Assembly (NCBI GenBank): GCA_963664195.1
Contig: OY760907.1
Location: forward strand, 1,312,001 to 1,376,000
Origin: an uncultured candidate division Zixibacteria bacterium
Lineage (GTDB): Bacteria > Zixibacteria > MSB-5A5 > GN15 > FEB-12
Length of the DNA: 64,000 nucleotides
Direction: 5' to 3'
Numbering within the stretch: the stretch's first letter is position 1; the number at the start of each line of letters is the position of its first letter. Under the pieces are notes generated by a model, which worked only from the letters and a program-made list of their open reading frames with translations, did not search any database and was not told the DNA's origin. The position numbers and the translations under genes were made by a program. Positions 29,441 to 39,115 of the stretch are shown here, one piece after another.

Positions 29441-29515
29441 GCACACTTCGACAGGCTCACAGACTCGTCTGGTTGCGTGACTTGCTGGTCGCGGTTGGCA
29501 AGGACCCGCCCGCTA
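29441..29515. repeat. Family C REP-like copy interrupted by a 15-nt insert, plus a second degenerate hairpin
   Basis: GCACACTTCGACAGGCTCA is identical to 18700-18718; the remainder GCGTGAC resumes at 29475. Confidence 0.7.
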
Positions 29516-29520
29516 AGACG

Positions 29521-30024
29521 TTATACTTTGCTTTTCAACTCTGCGATGAATGCCTCGTAATCACCCTCGGTGACCGCGTTCTTCGGAATGATAAGTGCGT
29601 TGGAGGTTTTGAGATAGATAAAAGTGTGATCTTCTGAGGATGATACTTTCTGGATTCCAGCCCAATCGGTATTGACGGTGGAAGAGCTGTCAGTGATTTC
29701 CAGACCATCGTTGTCGAGAGTCATCTCAACCGGATCCCGGAAATCCTTGCTCACCCCCGCGCCGATTTTCTTAGTGATACGCTTGGATACGAGCCATTTG
29801 TGATAGGCGGAATAGAAAAACCAGCACGCCACCGCCACCGTGAATCCGGCGAAAATCAAGTAGTCGAATTTCATCAGCACACCGACCACACCCATGATCG
29901 AAAATGCAATTGCAAACGCCAGACGGTTGGCACGGATAGACTTGGCTTGCTTCTCCGAGCCGCGAAGGTGATGCTCGACAAAGGCGATTTTATCTTTTAT
30001 TGACAGTTCATATTTGATCTTCAT
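29521..30024 (-). CDS. YcxB-like membrane protein
   Basis: Two TM helices followed by WAGIQKV...FIY...ALIIPK. Confidence 0.85.
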   Translation of the reverse strand: MKIKYELSIKDKIAFVEHHLRGSEKQAKSIRANRLAFAIAFSIMGVVGVLMKFDYLIFAGFTVAVACWFFYSAYHKWLVSKRITKKIGAGVSKDFRDPVEMTLDNDGLEITDSSSTVNTDWAGIQKVSSSEDHTFIYLKTSNALIIPKNAVTEGDYEAFIAELKSKV

Positions 30025-30040
30025 AGTTCCGCCGGTCGTA

Positions 30041-30388
30041 TTAGCTCTTGATTTCTTCTATCACCGAGGTTCCTTCAACGCCGGACTCGTCATCTCTCCA
30101 GGCCTCGTGGACCCGATACCGCCCGTCGGCAAGAATTGCCGGTGTTGAAGTGCACGTTCCCGATACGAACTTGCCGTCCTTGTTGAGGAACATCCATCTC
30201 ATATCTAAAACGCCCCGATCCCCCTTTTGTGCAACCAGCGTTCCGAACTGAACCCCGCCGCCCTCGTAGGTCCCCCAAACGACATCACCCTTCTGGTAGT
30301 AGTGGAAGCGAGTGTCCTGAGTGAGGTCGCCGTCGTCGTAATTCTCGATACCGACAAACGTGCGGCCGTTGTAATTGAACTCGCTCAC
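30041..30388 (-). CDS. Small beta-rich hypothetical protein
   Basis: GTG start overlapping the upstream stop; FNYNGRTF...TRFHYYQKGDVVWGTYEGG...GTSVIEEI. Confidence 0.75.
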   Translation of the reverse strand: MSEFNYNGRTFVGIENYDDGDLTQDTRFHYYQKGDVVWGTYEGGGVQFGTLVAQKGDRGVLDMRWMFLNKDGKFVSGTCTSTPAILADGRYRVHEAWRDDESGVEGTSVIEEIKS

Positions 30389-30666
30389 TGCGATCCTCCC
30401 TGAGATTTGCGGACTTTGGACCAGTACGGCCACTTGCACTGTTCTTTTGGAAGTGCAGGATTTTCGGCCTGTGCGATGGCTGCGGAGAAGACATCCTGAC
30501 AGCAAATGTCGATCTTTTCGCCCCGCAGGCTTTGCAGCCGGCTGAGCAGCACAGCTGCTTCTTTCCCGACCAATTGTTCGACCCGCGTGATGCCCAGACG
30601 ATGGAAATCGTCGACAGTGGCCTTACCGACCGAGACGAGATCGATGAGTTGTCGTGAGTCTTTCAT
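30385..30666 (-). CDS. Cdd1/pathogenicity-locus family helix-hairpin-helix protein (mitomycin-resistance-like)
   Basis: LVSVGKATVDDFHRLGI...DICCQDVFSAAIAQA...KWPYWS. Confidence 0.8.
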   Translation of the reverse strand: MKDSRQLIDLVSVGKATVDDFHRLGITRVEQLVGKEAAVLLSRLQSLRGEKIDICCQDVFSAAIAQAENPALPKEQCKWPYWSKVRKSQGGSQ

Positions 30667-30696
30667 GCCGGAGTATGGCACGATGAGACAGCCGGG

Positions 30697-31629
30697 TCAA
30701 TCACAAATGTGGGACCCGTCTGGTTGCAGAGAGCTCTGAGCGCTCGGTGGTCCGCCGTCCACGATGGGAGAAACTGGTATCGCCTCCGCCGGCGGTTCCT
30801 TCATCTCGCGGAGTTTCAGGTAGGCGGTGCCCGTGACTGCAAAGACTATCGGTGTCCAAATGGCAAACGACAGTATCCGGAGCTCAGCCAGCAGGATATC
30901 GCCTATCTCCGGTGTTCTTGTCGGATCCCACGCGGACGCGTGCGGGAGCGTTAGAATCCAGGGAATATCGGGTGCTATCCCCATCAGGAGCAGGATAATG
31001 CCGAGACAGAACACGCTTGAGGAGCTTCCTCTTCCCAGGTGCCAGCTTCTTCCTAGAGCATTGAGAGGCCCTAATCCCGACTCGTCCATCAGGAAGAAGA
31101 ACACAGGCCAAAAGCGAAGCGGAACCGTGAAGTACGCCGCAAGAACAAGGAAGTAGCAGCATGCTGCGAAGACTAGTAGCGTCATCGTGATTGCCGGCGG
31201 AAGGAAGTCGACCACTTCGAACGACACCACCATTGTCAGCACGAGCGGAACTGCGGAGACTGCAATGATTCCCACCATTGACCAGTACGCCCCGTGCACG
31301 GCCCCGAGCCGTCTGAAACCCGCCAGCAAATCCACGGCTCGGGGGCGTTGTCCCCGTGCCATGCTCAGACCGAACCGACACAGGCCCGCCAACACGGCCG
31401 GCATGCAAACGAAGAAGGCCAACATGGCCAGATGGCCAATCTTGATTATGGTGAAAGCTTGTTCGACATTCAGATCCTGCGTAAACACCCACCTGGGGGC
31501 GTGTTGCGGTGCAGTCAGAATCAAGTAGATCAGCAGGCAACAGCCCATTGCCGGCCACTTGTTTCTCCAGAAGGCCTTCAGGCCGTCGAGAAGACAATCC
31601 GAGACGCTAAGTTTCTGTTCTGTATCCAT
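30697..31629 (-). CDS. Multi-pass membrane protein (DUF975-like), paralog of 33353-34240
   Basis: QKLSVSDC..DG.KAF...KWPAMG; MARG..P...D..AGF; ALGRSW.L.RG; TAYLKLR.MK. Confidence 0.8.
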   Translation of the reverse strand: MDTEQKLSVSDCLLDGLKAFWRNKWPAMGCCLLIYLILTAPQHAPRWVFTQDLNVEQAFTIIKIGHLAMLAFFVCMPAVLAGLCRFGLSMARGQRPRAVDLLAGFRRLGAVHGAYWSMVGIIAVSAVPLVLTMVVSFEVVDFLPPAITMTLLVFAACCYFLVLAAYFTVPLRFWPVFFFLMDESGLGPLNALGRSWHLGRGSSSSVFCLGIILLLMGIAPDIPWILTLPHASAWDPTRTPEIGDILLAELRILSFAIWTPIVFAVTGTAYLKLREMKEPPAEAIPVSPIVDGGPPSAQSSLQPDGSHICD

Positions 31630-31702
31630 GTTATCCTCTCTGTTAGTTGTCGGTACATTGATGCTCGAGAATTAGAATTCTCGGCAAACAGAGAGGCAGA
31701 TA

Positions 31703-33127
31703 TCACTTCAACAGCAGCATCTTCCGAGTCTGGACAAAGCCATCCGTTGTCAGGCGGTAGAAGTACACGCCCGTGGCCACGGGATTCCCCGTACTGTCGC
31801 GCCCATCCCACCGAATCGTGTAGTCCCCCGCCGGGCGTTCCTCATCGAGCAACGCGTGCACCTGCTCTCCGGCGACGTTGTACACGTTGACCGTAGCGTA
31901 CGACCTGCGCGACAGGGAGAAGCTGATATTTGTATGCGGATTGAACGGATTCGGGTAGTTCTGAGACAGCGCAATACGATCGGGCAGCGCATTTGGTGCG
32001 GCTTCGTCCGCGATTCCGGTCGGCACGTAAGTAGTGTTGGTGAGAATCACCACCGAGGTCTCTGTATCCAGCGCAACTGCAATGTCAAGGTCCCCGTCGC
32101 CGTCGAAATCATCGGCGCAGATGGCATTGGGCGGGTTTCCGGCTGCGAAGCTGCCGTTGTGGAAAAATGATCCGGAACCGTTGTTCTGAAGCCAGTTGAT
32201 GTTCGACGTCCCACGGCAACCGGCGACAACGTCGATGTCACCGTCGTCGTCGAAATCCCCCAGGCAGAGCGATCTTGAATCGCCCTCTACCGTGGAGTTC
32301 ACCGCAGCGGCAAAGGTGCCGTCACCGTCGTTTAGAAAAATCGATACGTTATGTGTGGAGTCGTTGACGGCGGCGATGTCGATGTGTCCGTCACCGTTCA
32401 AGTCGGCCGCCCGCAGCTCATGCGGGTGCCGGCCTGCAGCGTAACTGACCGGAGGATCAAAAGCAGTTGCATCCGAGTTTATGAGAACCGAAACCTGGTT
32501 GTAGTACCAGTTGGCAGCAGCAACGTCCGGCCTGCTGTCACCGTCGAAGTCCGCCGCGCAGACCGAGTATCCGCCCAAACCGATGTTGCAGGAGTCCACC
32601 GGGATTAGTGTCCCACCCCCGACGTTTTCCAGAATCGTCACGGTTTCCCCCGTATAGCGGGCGACCGCGACATCCAGATCGTGGTCACCGTCGAAATCGA
32701 GCACACAGACGGACACCGGGCTGCTCCCCACCCGACACCTGCTCGAAACGGCAAAGCTGCCGGTACCATCGTTGGCGAAAACGAGCACGCTGTCCATCAA
32801 GTCGGTTGTGACCAGCAAATCCAAATCGGTATCGCCGTCCATGTCTGCGGCTCGGACGCAGCCGGGGTTTTCGCCGGTGGCGTAATACTCCGGAGGGCCA
32901 AAGGAACCGTCGCCGAGGTTTCTTACTATGCAGAGCTGGCCTATCAGCCTGAGTGTCACTGCCAGGTCCTTGTCGCCATCGCTGTCGAAATCGCCCGAGC
33001 AGATGGAGGACTGCACGTTCCCCCCAACGCCGTACAGGGTCGGGCTTTCAAAGAGCGGGGCGGCAACCAGATTGGCGCCAGAGACAAGCGTTGCCAGGAT
33101 CAGTAGCAGAAGTGTAACGAGTCGCAT
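31703..33127 (-). CDS. Secreted FG-GAP/VCBS repeat beta-propeller with QNYPNPFN/FlgD-Ig C-terminal domain
   Basis: Signal peptide; seven D(F/M/L)xxDGxxD repeats; LSQNYPNPFNP...WDGRD..G..VATGVYFYRL...KMLLLK. Confidence 0.9.
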   Translation of the reverse strand: MRLVTLLLLILATLVSGANLVAAPLFESPTLYGVGGNVQSSICSGDFDSDGDKDLAVTLRLIGQLCIVRNLGDGSFGPPEYYATGENPGCVRAADMDGDTDLDLLVTTDLMDSVLVFANDGTGSFAVSSRCRVGSSPVSVCVLDFDGDHDLDVAVARYTGETVTILENVGGGTLIPVDSCNIGLGGYSVCAADFDGDSRPDVAAANWYYNQVSVLINSDATAFDPPVSYAAGRHPHELRAADLNGDGHIDIAAVNDSTHNVSIFLNDGDGTFAAAVNSTVEGDSRSLCLGDFDDDGDIDVVAGCRGTSNINWLQNNGSGSFFHNGSFAAGNPPNAICADDFDGDGDLDIAVALDTETSVVILTNTTYVPTGIADEAAPNALPDRIALSQNYPNPFNPHTNISFSLSRRSYATVNVYNVAGEQVHALLDEERPAGDYTIRWDGRDSTGNPVATGVYFYRLTTDGFVQTRKMLLLK

Positions 33128-33352
33128 TCGTGCTCTCCCTCCGTGTGACGACGGCATGCCGGGAAAATGCCCTGTCACACCTCACCTGATTTGACTTGGC
33201 CCCCCGGCAGTGAATCTGCGACTATTGCCCGTTGTCCGATTGGAGGTGAAAGGCAGATCGAATGCTCTAATATGCACGATGGAGATTCAGGCGTCAAGCG
33301 GGAAGATCCCAACTCGGAGCAAACGGGTTCGACCCGTCTGGCGGGCTATGAG

Positions 33353-34240
33353 TCAGTCCTTGGGCGGCCCGCCGTCTGTCGTGTTTGGTGCCCCATCATT
33401 CATGGTCGGAAAAACTTCTGCCGTTTCCGCCGACGAGTCTTTCATCTGGCGGAGTTTCAGGTAGGCGGTGGCGAAGATGCACAACAGCAGCGGACCGGTA
33501 ACCACTCCCCCGAAACTCGGTACGTTGGCCAAACCAAAGAAACCGAAATCCCTTATTGAATCCCAGTAGAACGGAAGGAACGGAATATACCCGAGGATCA
33601 TCCCCGCCCAGCTCATCACTGCAAGCGCGAACCCGAGTAATACCAGCGTGCCGCCGTTCCCCTTCACCAGATAGGAGCTTCGCTTCAACGCGTCGAATAC
33701 TCCCATCAGCGGTTCGTCCAACATCACGAAGTATATCAGCCAATACCGCACCAGCAGGATCATGAGCAGACCGATATTGACCATCTCAAACAACAGGATA
33801 TCGAGCGGGAACGTTGCCGAGATGGCACCGGAGGCCATACGAGAAAACATGAAGACGAAAGTCGGGATCAAGCCCACGACGAATGCGAGCACCATCAGCC
33901 AGAAGATCGCCTGCATGGAACCGTACTGTTTGAACCCAGCAAAGAAGTCTGAGAAACGCGGTTTTTCGCCCCGAGCCATGTTGCCGCAGAACTTGTACGT
34001 CCCCGCGATGAGGGGCGGTCCGATTATCAGGAAGACGAGACCGCCGACAAACGTGAGCAGCAGCACAAGCAGGGTCTGGCCGGTCGACGGTTGGGCATCG
34101 CCGGGGCCGGGAAGCAGGAATGTTGGAATCGAGATAACCAGGGTGAACACCAGAAACCACCCCATCGCCGGCCATTTGAATTTCAGAAAGGCCTTCCACC
34201 CGTCGTAGAAGCAGTCAGTGATACTTAGCTTTTGATCCAT
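33353..34240 (-). CDS. Multi-pass membrane protein (DUF975-like), paralog of 30697-31629
   Basis: Shares N- and C-terminal motifs with the paralog at protein and DNA level. Confidence 0.8.
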   Translation of the reverse strand: MDQKLSITDCFYDGWKAFLKFKWPAMGWFLVFTLVISIPTFLLPGPGDAQPSTGQTLLVLLLTFVGGLVFLIIGPPLIAGTYKFCGNMARGEKPRFSDFFAGFKQYGSMQAIFWLMVLAFVVGLIPTFVFMFSRMASGAISATFPLDILLFEMVNIGLLMILLVRYWLIYFVMLDEPLMGVFDALKRSSYLVKGNGGTLVLLGFALAVMSWAGMILGYIPFLPFYWDSIRDFGFFGLANVPSFGGVVTGPLLLCIFATAYLKLRQMKDSSAETAEVFPTMNDGAPNTTDGGPPKD

Positions 34241-34280
34241 GATTTCCCTCATCAGCCCCGATTGAACAGCGATTACTCAA

Positions 34281-34310
34281 TGGCGGGTTCGAAGACGGAC
34301 CCGCCCTACA
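34281..34310 (-). repeat. REP-like palindrome family B (GTAG type), inverted copy
   Basis: Reverse complement TGTAGGGCGGGTCCGTCTTCGAACCCGCCA matches 15364-15393 at 27/30. Confidence 0.85.
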
Positions 34311-34346
34311 GAAGTCCCGACCGCAAAGACCAGCCGTCCGCAGGGA

Positions 34347-35177
34347 CTACATCCTTTCCACGCACCCCGCGATCAAATCACGCAACTTCGGTTCCGCCTC
34401 ACCGGCGATCTTCAGCACTTCCTCGATTGAGCACGGGTGCATATTGTCCGGCAGACCCATATCGGTCACGATCGAGAATCCGAGAATCCTGTTGTGCTGG
34501 TGGTGCGCCGTGATGACCTCCGGCACGGTCGACATCCCCACCGCATCCGCACCGAGAATACGGAACATGCGGTACTCTGCCGCCGTTTCGAGCGTCGGGC
34601 CGGTCACGCCGATATACACGCCTTCTTGAAGGCGAAGTTTCTGTTCCAGCGCTACCTCGCGTGCGATATCCAGATAGCCGCGATTGTACACCTCGTAACA
34701 GTCCGGGAAACGGTTTCCCCACTCGTCGTGGTTGGGGCCGATCAGCGGGTTGCCCGGGAAGAAATTGATATGGTCCTTGATCAGCATGATATCGCCCGGC
34801 TTGAAGTTCGGGTTCAATCCGCCGCAGGCGTTGGAGACCACCAGCGTTTCGATCCCGATTTTCTTCAGCGTCCGGATCGGAAATGCAATCTGCTGCATCG
34901 AGTAGCCTTCGTAGAAATGAAACCGCCCCTGCATGCAGACGACTTTCTTTCCGCGAAGGTGCCCGAACAACAGGCGGCCGTGATGTGACTCGACAGTCGA
35001 CACCGGAAAGTGCGGAATCTCATCGTAGTCTATCGTTGCCACCATGTCGATACCGTCGACCAGCGACCCCAGTCCGGTGCCGAGGATAATGCCTACCTGC
35101 GGCTCGAAATCGACTTTGCTCTTGATATACTTCGTTGCCTCGACAAGCATCAAGGAAAATTGTTCTGTGGTGTACAT
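34347..35177 (-). CDS. punA: Purine-nucleoside phosphorylase (trimeric type)
   Basis: ILGTGLG, IPHFPVSTV, QGRFHFYEG, SNACGG, DHIN, GPTLET.AE, GADAVGMSTVPE. Confidence 0.95.
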   Translation of the reverse strand: MYTTEQFSLMLVEATKYIKSKVDFEPQVGIILGTGLGSLVDGIDMVATIDYDEIPHFPVSTVESHHGRLLFGHLRGKKVVCMQGRFHFYEGYSMQQIAFPIRTLKKIGIETLVVSNACGGLNPNFKPGDIMLIKDHINFFPGNPLIGPNHDEWGNRFPDCYEVYNRGYLDIAREVALEQKLRLQEGVYIGVTGPTLETAAEYRMFRILGADAVGMSTVPEVITAHHQHNRILGFSIVTDMGLPDNMHPCSIEEVLKIAGEAEPKLRDLIAGCVERM

Positions 35178-35191
35178 GCTGCTTCCCAGAC

Positions 35192-36184
35192 CTAATCCAA
35201 AAACACTGATATTCTCTCCCAGCCGTCTTCGGGGATGTTCGCCCCGACCACCTGGCAGACTTCAAACCCGCACGCCGACCCGAGCGCCCCGCACTTGTCC
35301 AGCGGGAGTCCGTTGACGTATCCGTACAGAAATCCCGATGCCCACAAATCCCCTGCGCCGGTAGTGTCAATCGCGGTACCGTCGCCGAGCGGATCAACCT
35401 TGATGATTTCCCCCTCACAGGCGATGAAACTCCCCCGTTTGCCAACTTTCAATACGGCGATGTCCGCTTTGGCCGCAAGGGCGTCAAGCGCTTTGGCTTC
35501 GTCCTTGAATCCGGTGAACGCGCGGGCTTCATCCTCGTTGGCGATCAGGATATCGACATAATCCCGTACGAATTCCTCGATATATTCTTTCGACTGTTCG
35601 ACTACCTGAAAGCTGGCCAGATCAAGCGACACGAGCGCTCCAGCCGCTTTGGCTGCTTTGAACGCTGCGAGAATCAGGTCCCGATTGAACAGCAGGTATC
35701 CTTCGATATGCACCACCGCAGCGCCCTCGAAACTCTTTTCGGTGATTTCCTCCGGCGTGGATTCAGACGACGCACCCAGGTAGGTGAACATAGTCCGCTG
35801 AGCATCGGAGGTGATGATCGAAAGCACACGGCCGGTGGCGGTTGCCGAAGTCATCAACTGCGGCTCGACATTGTTCTTCTTCAGATCCTTCTCGAGGAGA
35901 TCGCCGAGATAGTCCTGTCCGCGTTTGCCGACAAACCGGGCCGGTCCGCCGAGTTTTCCCGCACCTATGATCGTATTGCAGCAGGATCCGCCGGGAACGA
36001 CTTCCGGTTCGTTTTGTGAAGCCACGAGGGTTTTCTCGATGAACTCGCTGTCAACCAGGGTCATGCCCCCTTTGGCCGCGCCGGTCTTCTCGATGAACTC
36101 GTCGTTTTCGTAAATCAGCATGTCGACCAGGGCCGAGCCTACCCCGGCGATCAGTTTGCGGTCACCGTTATATGCGTAACTCAT
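35192..36184 (-). CDS. PfkB family adenosine kinase-like sugar/nucleoside kinase
   Basis: ALVD, PGGS, QRTMFTYLGA, ANEDEA, DTTGAGD. Confidence 0.9.
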   Translation of the reverse strand: MSYAYNGDRKLIAGVGSALVDMLIYENDEFIEKTGAAKGGMTLVDSEFIEKTLVASQNEPEVVPGGSCCNTIIGAGKLGGPARFVGKRGQDYLGDLLEKDLKKNNVEPQLMTSATATGRVLSIITSDAQRTMFTYLGASSESTPEEITEKSFEGAAVVHIEGYLLFNRDLILAAFKAAKAAGALVSLDLASFQVVEQSKEYIEEFVRDYVDILIANEDEARAFTGFKDEAKALDALAAKADIAVLKVGKRGSFIACEGEIIKVDPLGDGTAIDTTGAGDLWASGFLYGYVNGLPLDKCGALGSACGFEVCQVVGANIPEDGWERISVFLD

Positions 36185-36343
36185 TGTGCGTTCCCTCTAA
36201 GGAGTGCGAGAGTGATTTGTTGTGCCTCAGCGAGGTCGAACCTCAGCGGGGGGAATATAGTTGTTGAGAGTGCGTGTTCCAGCAAAAAACGTCGGGTGTG
36301 ATTCGTCGTGGTTTGGTTGTGACTCCGTGGGATGGGCAGTCAT

Positions 36344-36397
36344 TGTAGGTCGCGGTTCCGAGGCGCACATATCATGTGCGGTGAGAAACCCGACATC
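36344..36397 (+). repeat. REP-like long hairpin, family D
   Basis: TGTAGGTCGCGGTT...GCGCACAT-ATC-ATGTGCG...GAGAAACCCGACATC; abuts the stop codon of the nuclease gene. Confidence 0.8.
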
Positions 36398-37384
36398 CTA
36401 TTTCATACGCTCCCGCGTCTTGTCTAGAAATCGTTCGGCTCTGCGGAGTATTTCCAATGTAGCCTTGAGATCCAACTCGCCGTCGACTTCTGCGCGATAG
36501 TCTTTTGCTTCAAACACGCACACCGTCATATCCTTACCCAATCCAAACCGGTCTGGTTTTGTCAGGCAATTAGATGCTTTATCCACCTCCATGAGAGCAG
36601 AGTGCCAACGATCCCGCAGCTGCTTCCGGTTGGATGCATTCTCCACCGAAATCTTGAAACAGAGCTTCTCTTCTTCAAGGAGCAGGTATTGATCGAAGTC
36701 TTTTCTGTCTTGCCCGTGCCAGTAGAATCCGAGGAATCCACCGCTTGGGTTTGGCACGTATCGCCAGTGTTTTTCTTTCAGCCCCAGTTCGTTTTGGAGC
36801 CTCTTGAAGAAACCGATCCATTGGTACCGCGTCCACTTTTTAATGGGCTTGGTCAAGAAGCTGTTGACTTCGTTCTCGATACATTGCAGGTGATTGAGGT
36901 AATCCAACAAGATGGGATTGTCGCCCTCATACGTTTCCAGGACATCGAGTATCTCACGTCTCAAGAACGCTTTGTAGCCTTCCTCCTTGATCTTCTTGTA
37001 GCTGCTTTGGTCTTCGGTCTTGTAGTAGATTCTCAGGATATCCTTTTCCGGGTAGTCCTTCCTTATCTTCTCGAAGTATGTCTTGAGTTGATTCGAGTGA
37101 TTGACGGTCCCCGTTTTGTCCTCGATTATGACGGCATACTTGCCGTTTATGACGCAGAAGACATCAATGTGCTCGTACTGCTTGAGTACCTCTACTGCTC
37201 TGATATTCTCGGGCGGTTTTCTGTCGTGCACCTTGAACAGAGCTTCTATCAGGCGACGGCCACATTCGTGCAGTTCGCTGTCCTCGTCTGCGCAATCGGG
37301 CGATGCCCAAGCCAGAAGCCAACAGATCATCGCATCTTGGGAAAGCTCGCTCGTGGCATAGCTAAAGAGATTCGGTCTGGTCAA
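36398..37384 (-). CDS. PD-(D/E)XK nuclease family protein (PDDEXK_4-like)
   Basis: PNLFSYATSELSQDA..CWL, HIDV...IIEDK..T..HSNQL..Y; strong SD GGAGGAG before TTG. Confidence 0.85.
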   Translation of the reverse strand: MTRPNLFSYATSELSQDAMICWLLAWASPDCADEDSELHECGRRLIEALFKVHDRKPPENIRAVEVLKQYEHIDVFCVINGKYAVIIEDKTGTVNHSNQLKTYFEKIRKDYPEKDILRIYYKTEDQSSYKKIKEEGYKAFLRREILDVLETYEGDNPILLDYLNHLQCIENEVNSFLTKPIKKWTRYQWIGFFKRLQNELGLKEKHWRYVPNPSGGFLGFYWHGQDRKDFDQYLLLEEEKLCFKISVENASNRKQLRDRWHSALMEVDKASNCLTKPDRFGLGKDMTVCVFEAKDYRAEVDGELDLKATLEILRRAERFLDKTRERMK

Positions 37385-37480
37385 GACTCCTCCTTCCGGA
37401 TCGTGTGAGTGTACTACTTTGCACTAGCTAGTTCAAGGTAGTTGTCTGTCCACGTTGTGTCAAGCAGCGAGAGGATTGAC

Positions 37481-37677
37481 TCGGCAGGCGCGGAGACCTG
37501 CCGATCGCGGACAGTCTATTCGCACCTCGCCCCGGCACGCGACCTACGAAGAACGGCGTGCGGCACAGAAGCATCGCAAACCTGATAGGATTGCGCGTAT
37601 CGAGGGCTGTCAGGTGGGGACACACCGTGTTGTTGACACCTGACCTCACAGATATGGGTGGATGCCACCAGTGGCAT
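37481..37677. repeat. Mosaic cluster of REP-like palindromes (37481-37504; inverted GTAGGTCGCG element 37505-37548; family E 37609-37644; family H 37661-37677)
   Basis: Visible stems TCGGCAGG/CCTGCCGA, GTCAGGTG/CACCTGAC, ATGCCAC/GTGGCAT. Confidence 0.72.
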
Positions 37678-37795
37678 AAAAAAAACCGACCGGCCACACA
37701 AAGGCAACCGATCGGCAGAAATTACTCTCTTTGTAGGTCGAAACTAACGCAACTGTGTTGCCCTGTAGTTTCGACATGTCCTGCGGTGATCAGGA

Positions 37796-38890
37796 TCAGG
37801 TCTGTTCGGCCTTATCCAACTCTTCTTCGAACTTGGCCACGACCTCATCGAGCTCATTGGCCAGTTTGTCCGGGGTGATCGGATCCGCCGGCTTTTCCTC
37901 CGACTGGTCCGGGTCGATCGTGTTATGCTCGAAAGACTCATCGCCGGACGCTTCAGCCACATTCACTTTGTCGGTCTGGTTACCAACGCCGGTATTACTG
38001 TCACCGTTTATGGCGACAAACCCCGGCGGAATGTCCTCGGCACGAGCATCGGTCTCCACTATCGCAGACGGGGGTGCTTCCAACACCGGCTCTTTCGCGG
38101 GCGGCGCCGGTTGTGGAGGGGCAGCATCAGCCTGTTCCTGGGCCTTGGCGGCCTTATAGCTTTCGAGAGCCGCAGCCAATTCCGGGTCGATAGCCGCTTC
38201 CGGCGTCTCTTCCGACCCGCCTTCTGATCCTTCATCCTGAAGCACGCTTTTCAGGGCCTCGGACAATTGCTCTTTGGAGCTTTCCGACAGGTCATCGTTT
38301 GGAGCCTCGGGGGAGTTAGCCTCCTCGGTCTTGATCGCTTCCTGTTCGGCCGGCTCTGAAGCGACCGTCTCGCGAGCGGAGGCTTCGACCTCGTTTGAGG
38401 AGGTTACCTCGATCTCATCTTCGCGCTTCTTCTGGTCACTCTCAGACTCGCCGATTTCCTCGACCAGCTCGAGGTGAGATTTGATGAGGTTACGCACCTT
38501 ACTCAGGTACGACCGCTTGGTCAGCTCGAGCCTGGTGATCTGCTCTTCAATGTCATCGACCTGCTGAGTGCGGGAGCCCAGCTCACGCTCTGCCTCGGCT
38601 TTCGCCTTGGAGAGTATCAGCTCCGCCTCCTGTTTGGCGTTGGCTACGGTCATGTCGGCATTACGACGGGCATCGATTGCGGCGTTCTTGATCGTCTCCT
38701 CGAACTGCTTCAGTCCGGAGAGCTGGCTCTGCAGCGACTCGATCTCCATTGAGAGCTTGAGGTTTTCCTGCCGGGCAGCCTCCAGAGAATCCGCGACGGA
38801 CTCCTTGAAACTGTTGACTTCGTCCTTGTCGTAGCCCCGCATCTGGTTCGGGAATTCGAAGTTTCGAACATCGTTCGGTGATAGATCCAT
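37796..38890 (-). CDS. divIVA: DivIVA domain protein with long acidic low-complexity tail
   Basis: MDLSPNDVRNFEF...RGYDKDEV followed by coiled coil (AKQEAELI..KA); lies downstream of yggS. Confidence 0.88.
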   Translation of the reverse strand: MDLSPNDVRNFEFPNQMRGYDKDEVNSFKESVADSLEAARQENLKLSMEIESLQSQLSGLKQFEETIKNAAIDARRNADMTVANAKQEAELILSKAKAEAERELGSRTQQVDDIEEQITRLELTKRSYLSKVRNLIKSHLELVEEIGESESDQKKREDEIEVTSSNEVEASARETVASEPAEQEAIKTEEANSPEAPNDDLSESSKEQLSEALKSVLQDEGSEGGSEETPEAAIDPELAAALESYKAAKAQEQADAAPPQPAPPAKEPVLEAPPSAIVETDARAEDIPPGFVAINGDSNTGVGNQTDKVNVAEASGDESFEHNTIDPDQSEEKPADPITPDKLANELDEVVAKFEEELDKAEQT

Positions 38891-39115
38891 GTTAACGCTC
38901 ACCTGCTTAGGTTTCCAATTCCGGCCCGAGTCGCTGATATAACCAGAAGTTTGTTCGAGCCGTTTCAAAACGGTACACTACTTATTGTTATCGAACCATT
39001 GCCGCAAAAACCTTAGCAGTTTGCCGGACTTAAGCAGTGCCTCCCTGTCTGATAGAACGAAAGAAGGATGTGAAAACGTTGCGATTTATTGGATCAATCG
39101 TGCGTGAGAGAAGCC

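Noticed and set aside
29393..29526. attC-like ends (TAACGCC...GACGTTA) between ycxB-like and DUF2339 genes, suggesting an integron
   Set aside because: No complementary L boxes at the right spacing, not repeated after other genes, and no IntI.
36602..37408. 268-aa plus-strand ORF
   Set aside because: Antisense to the PD-(D/E)XK gene, which has the motifs and RBS.
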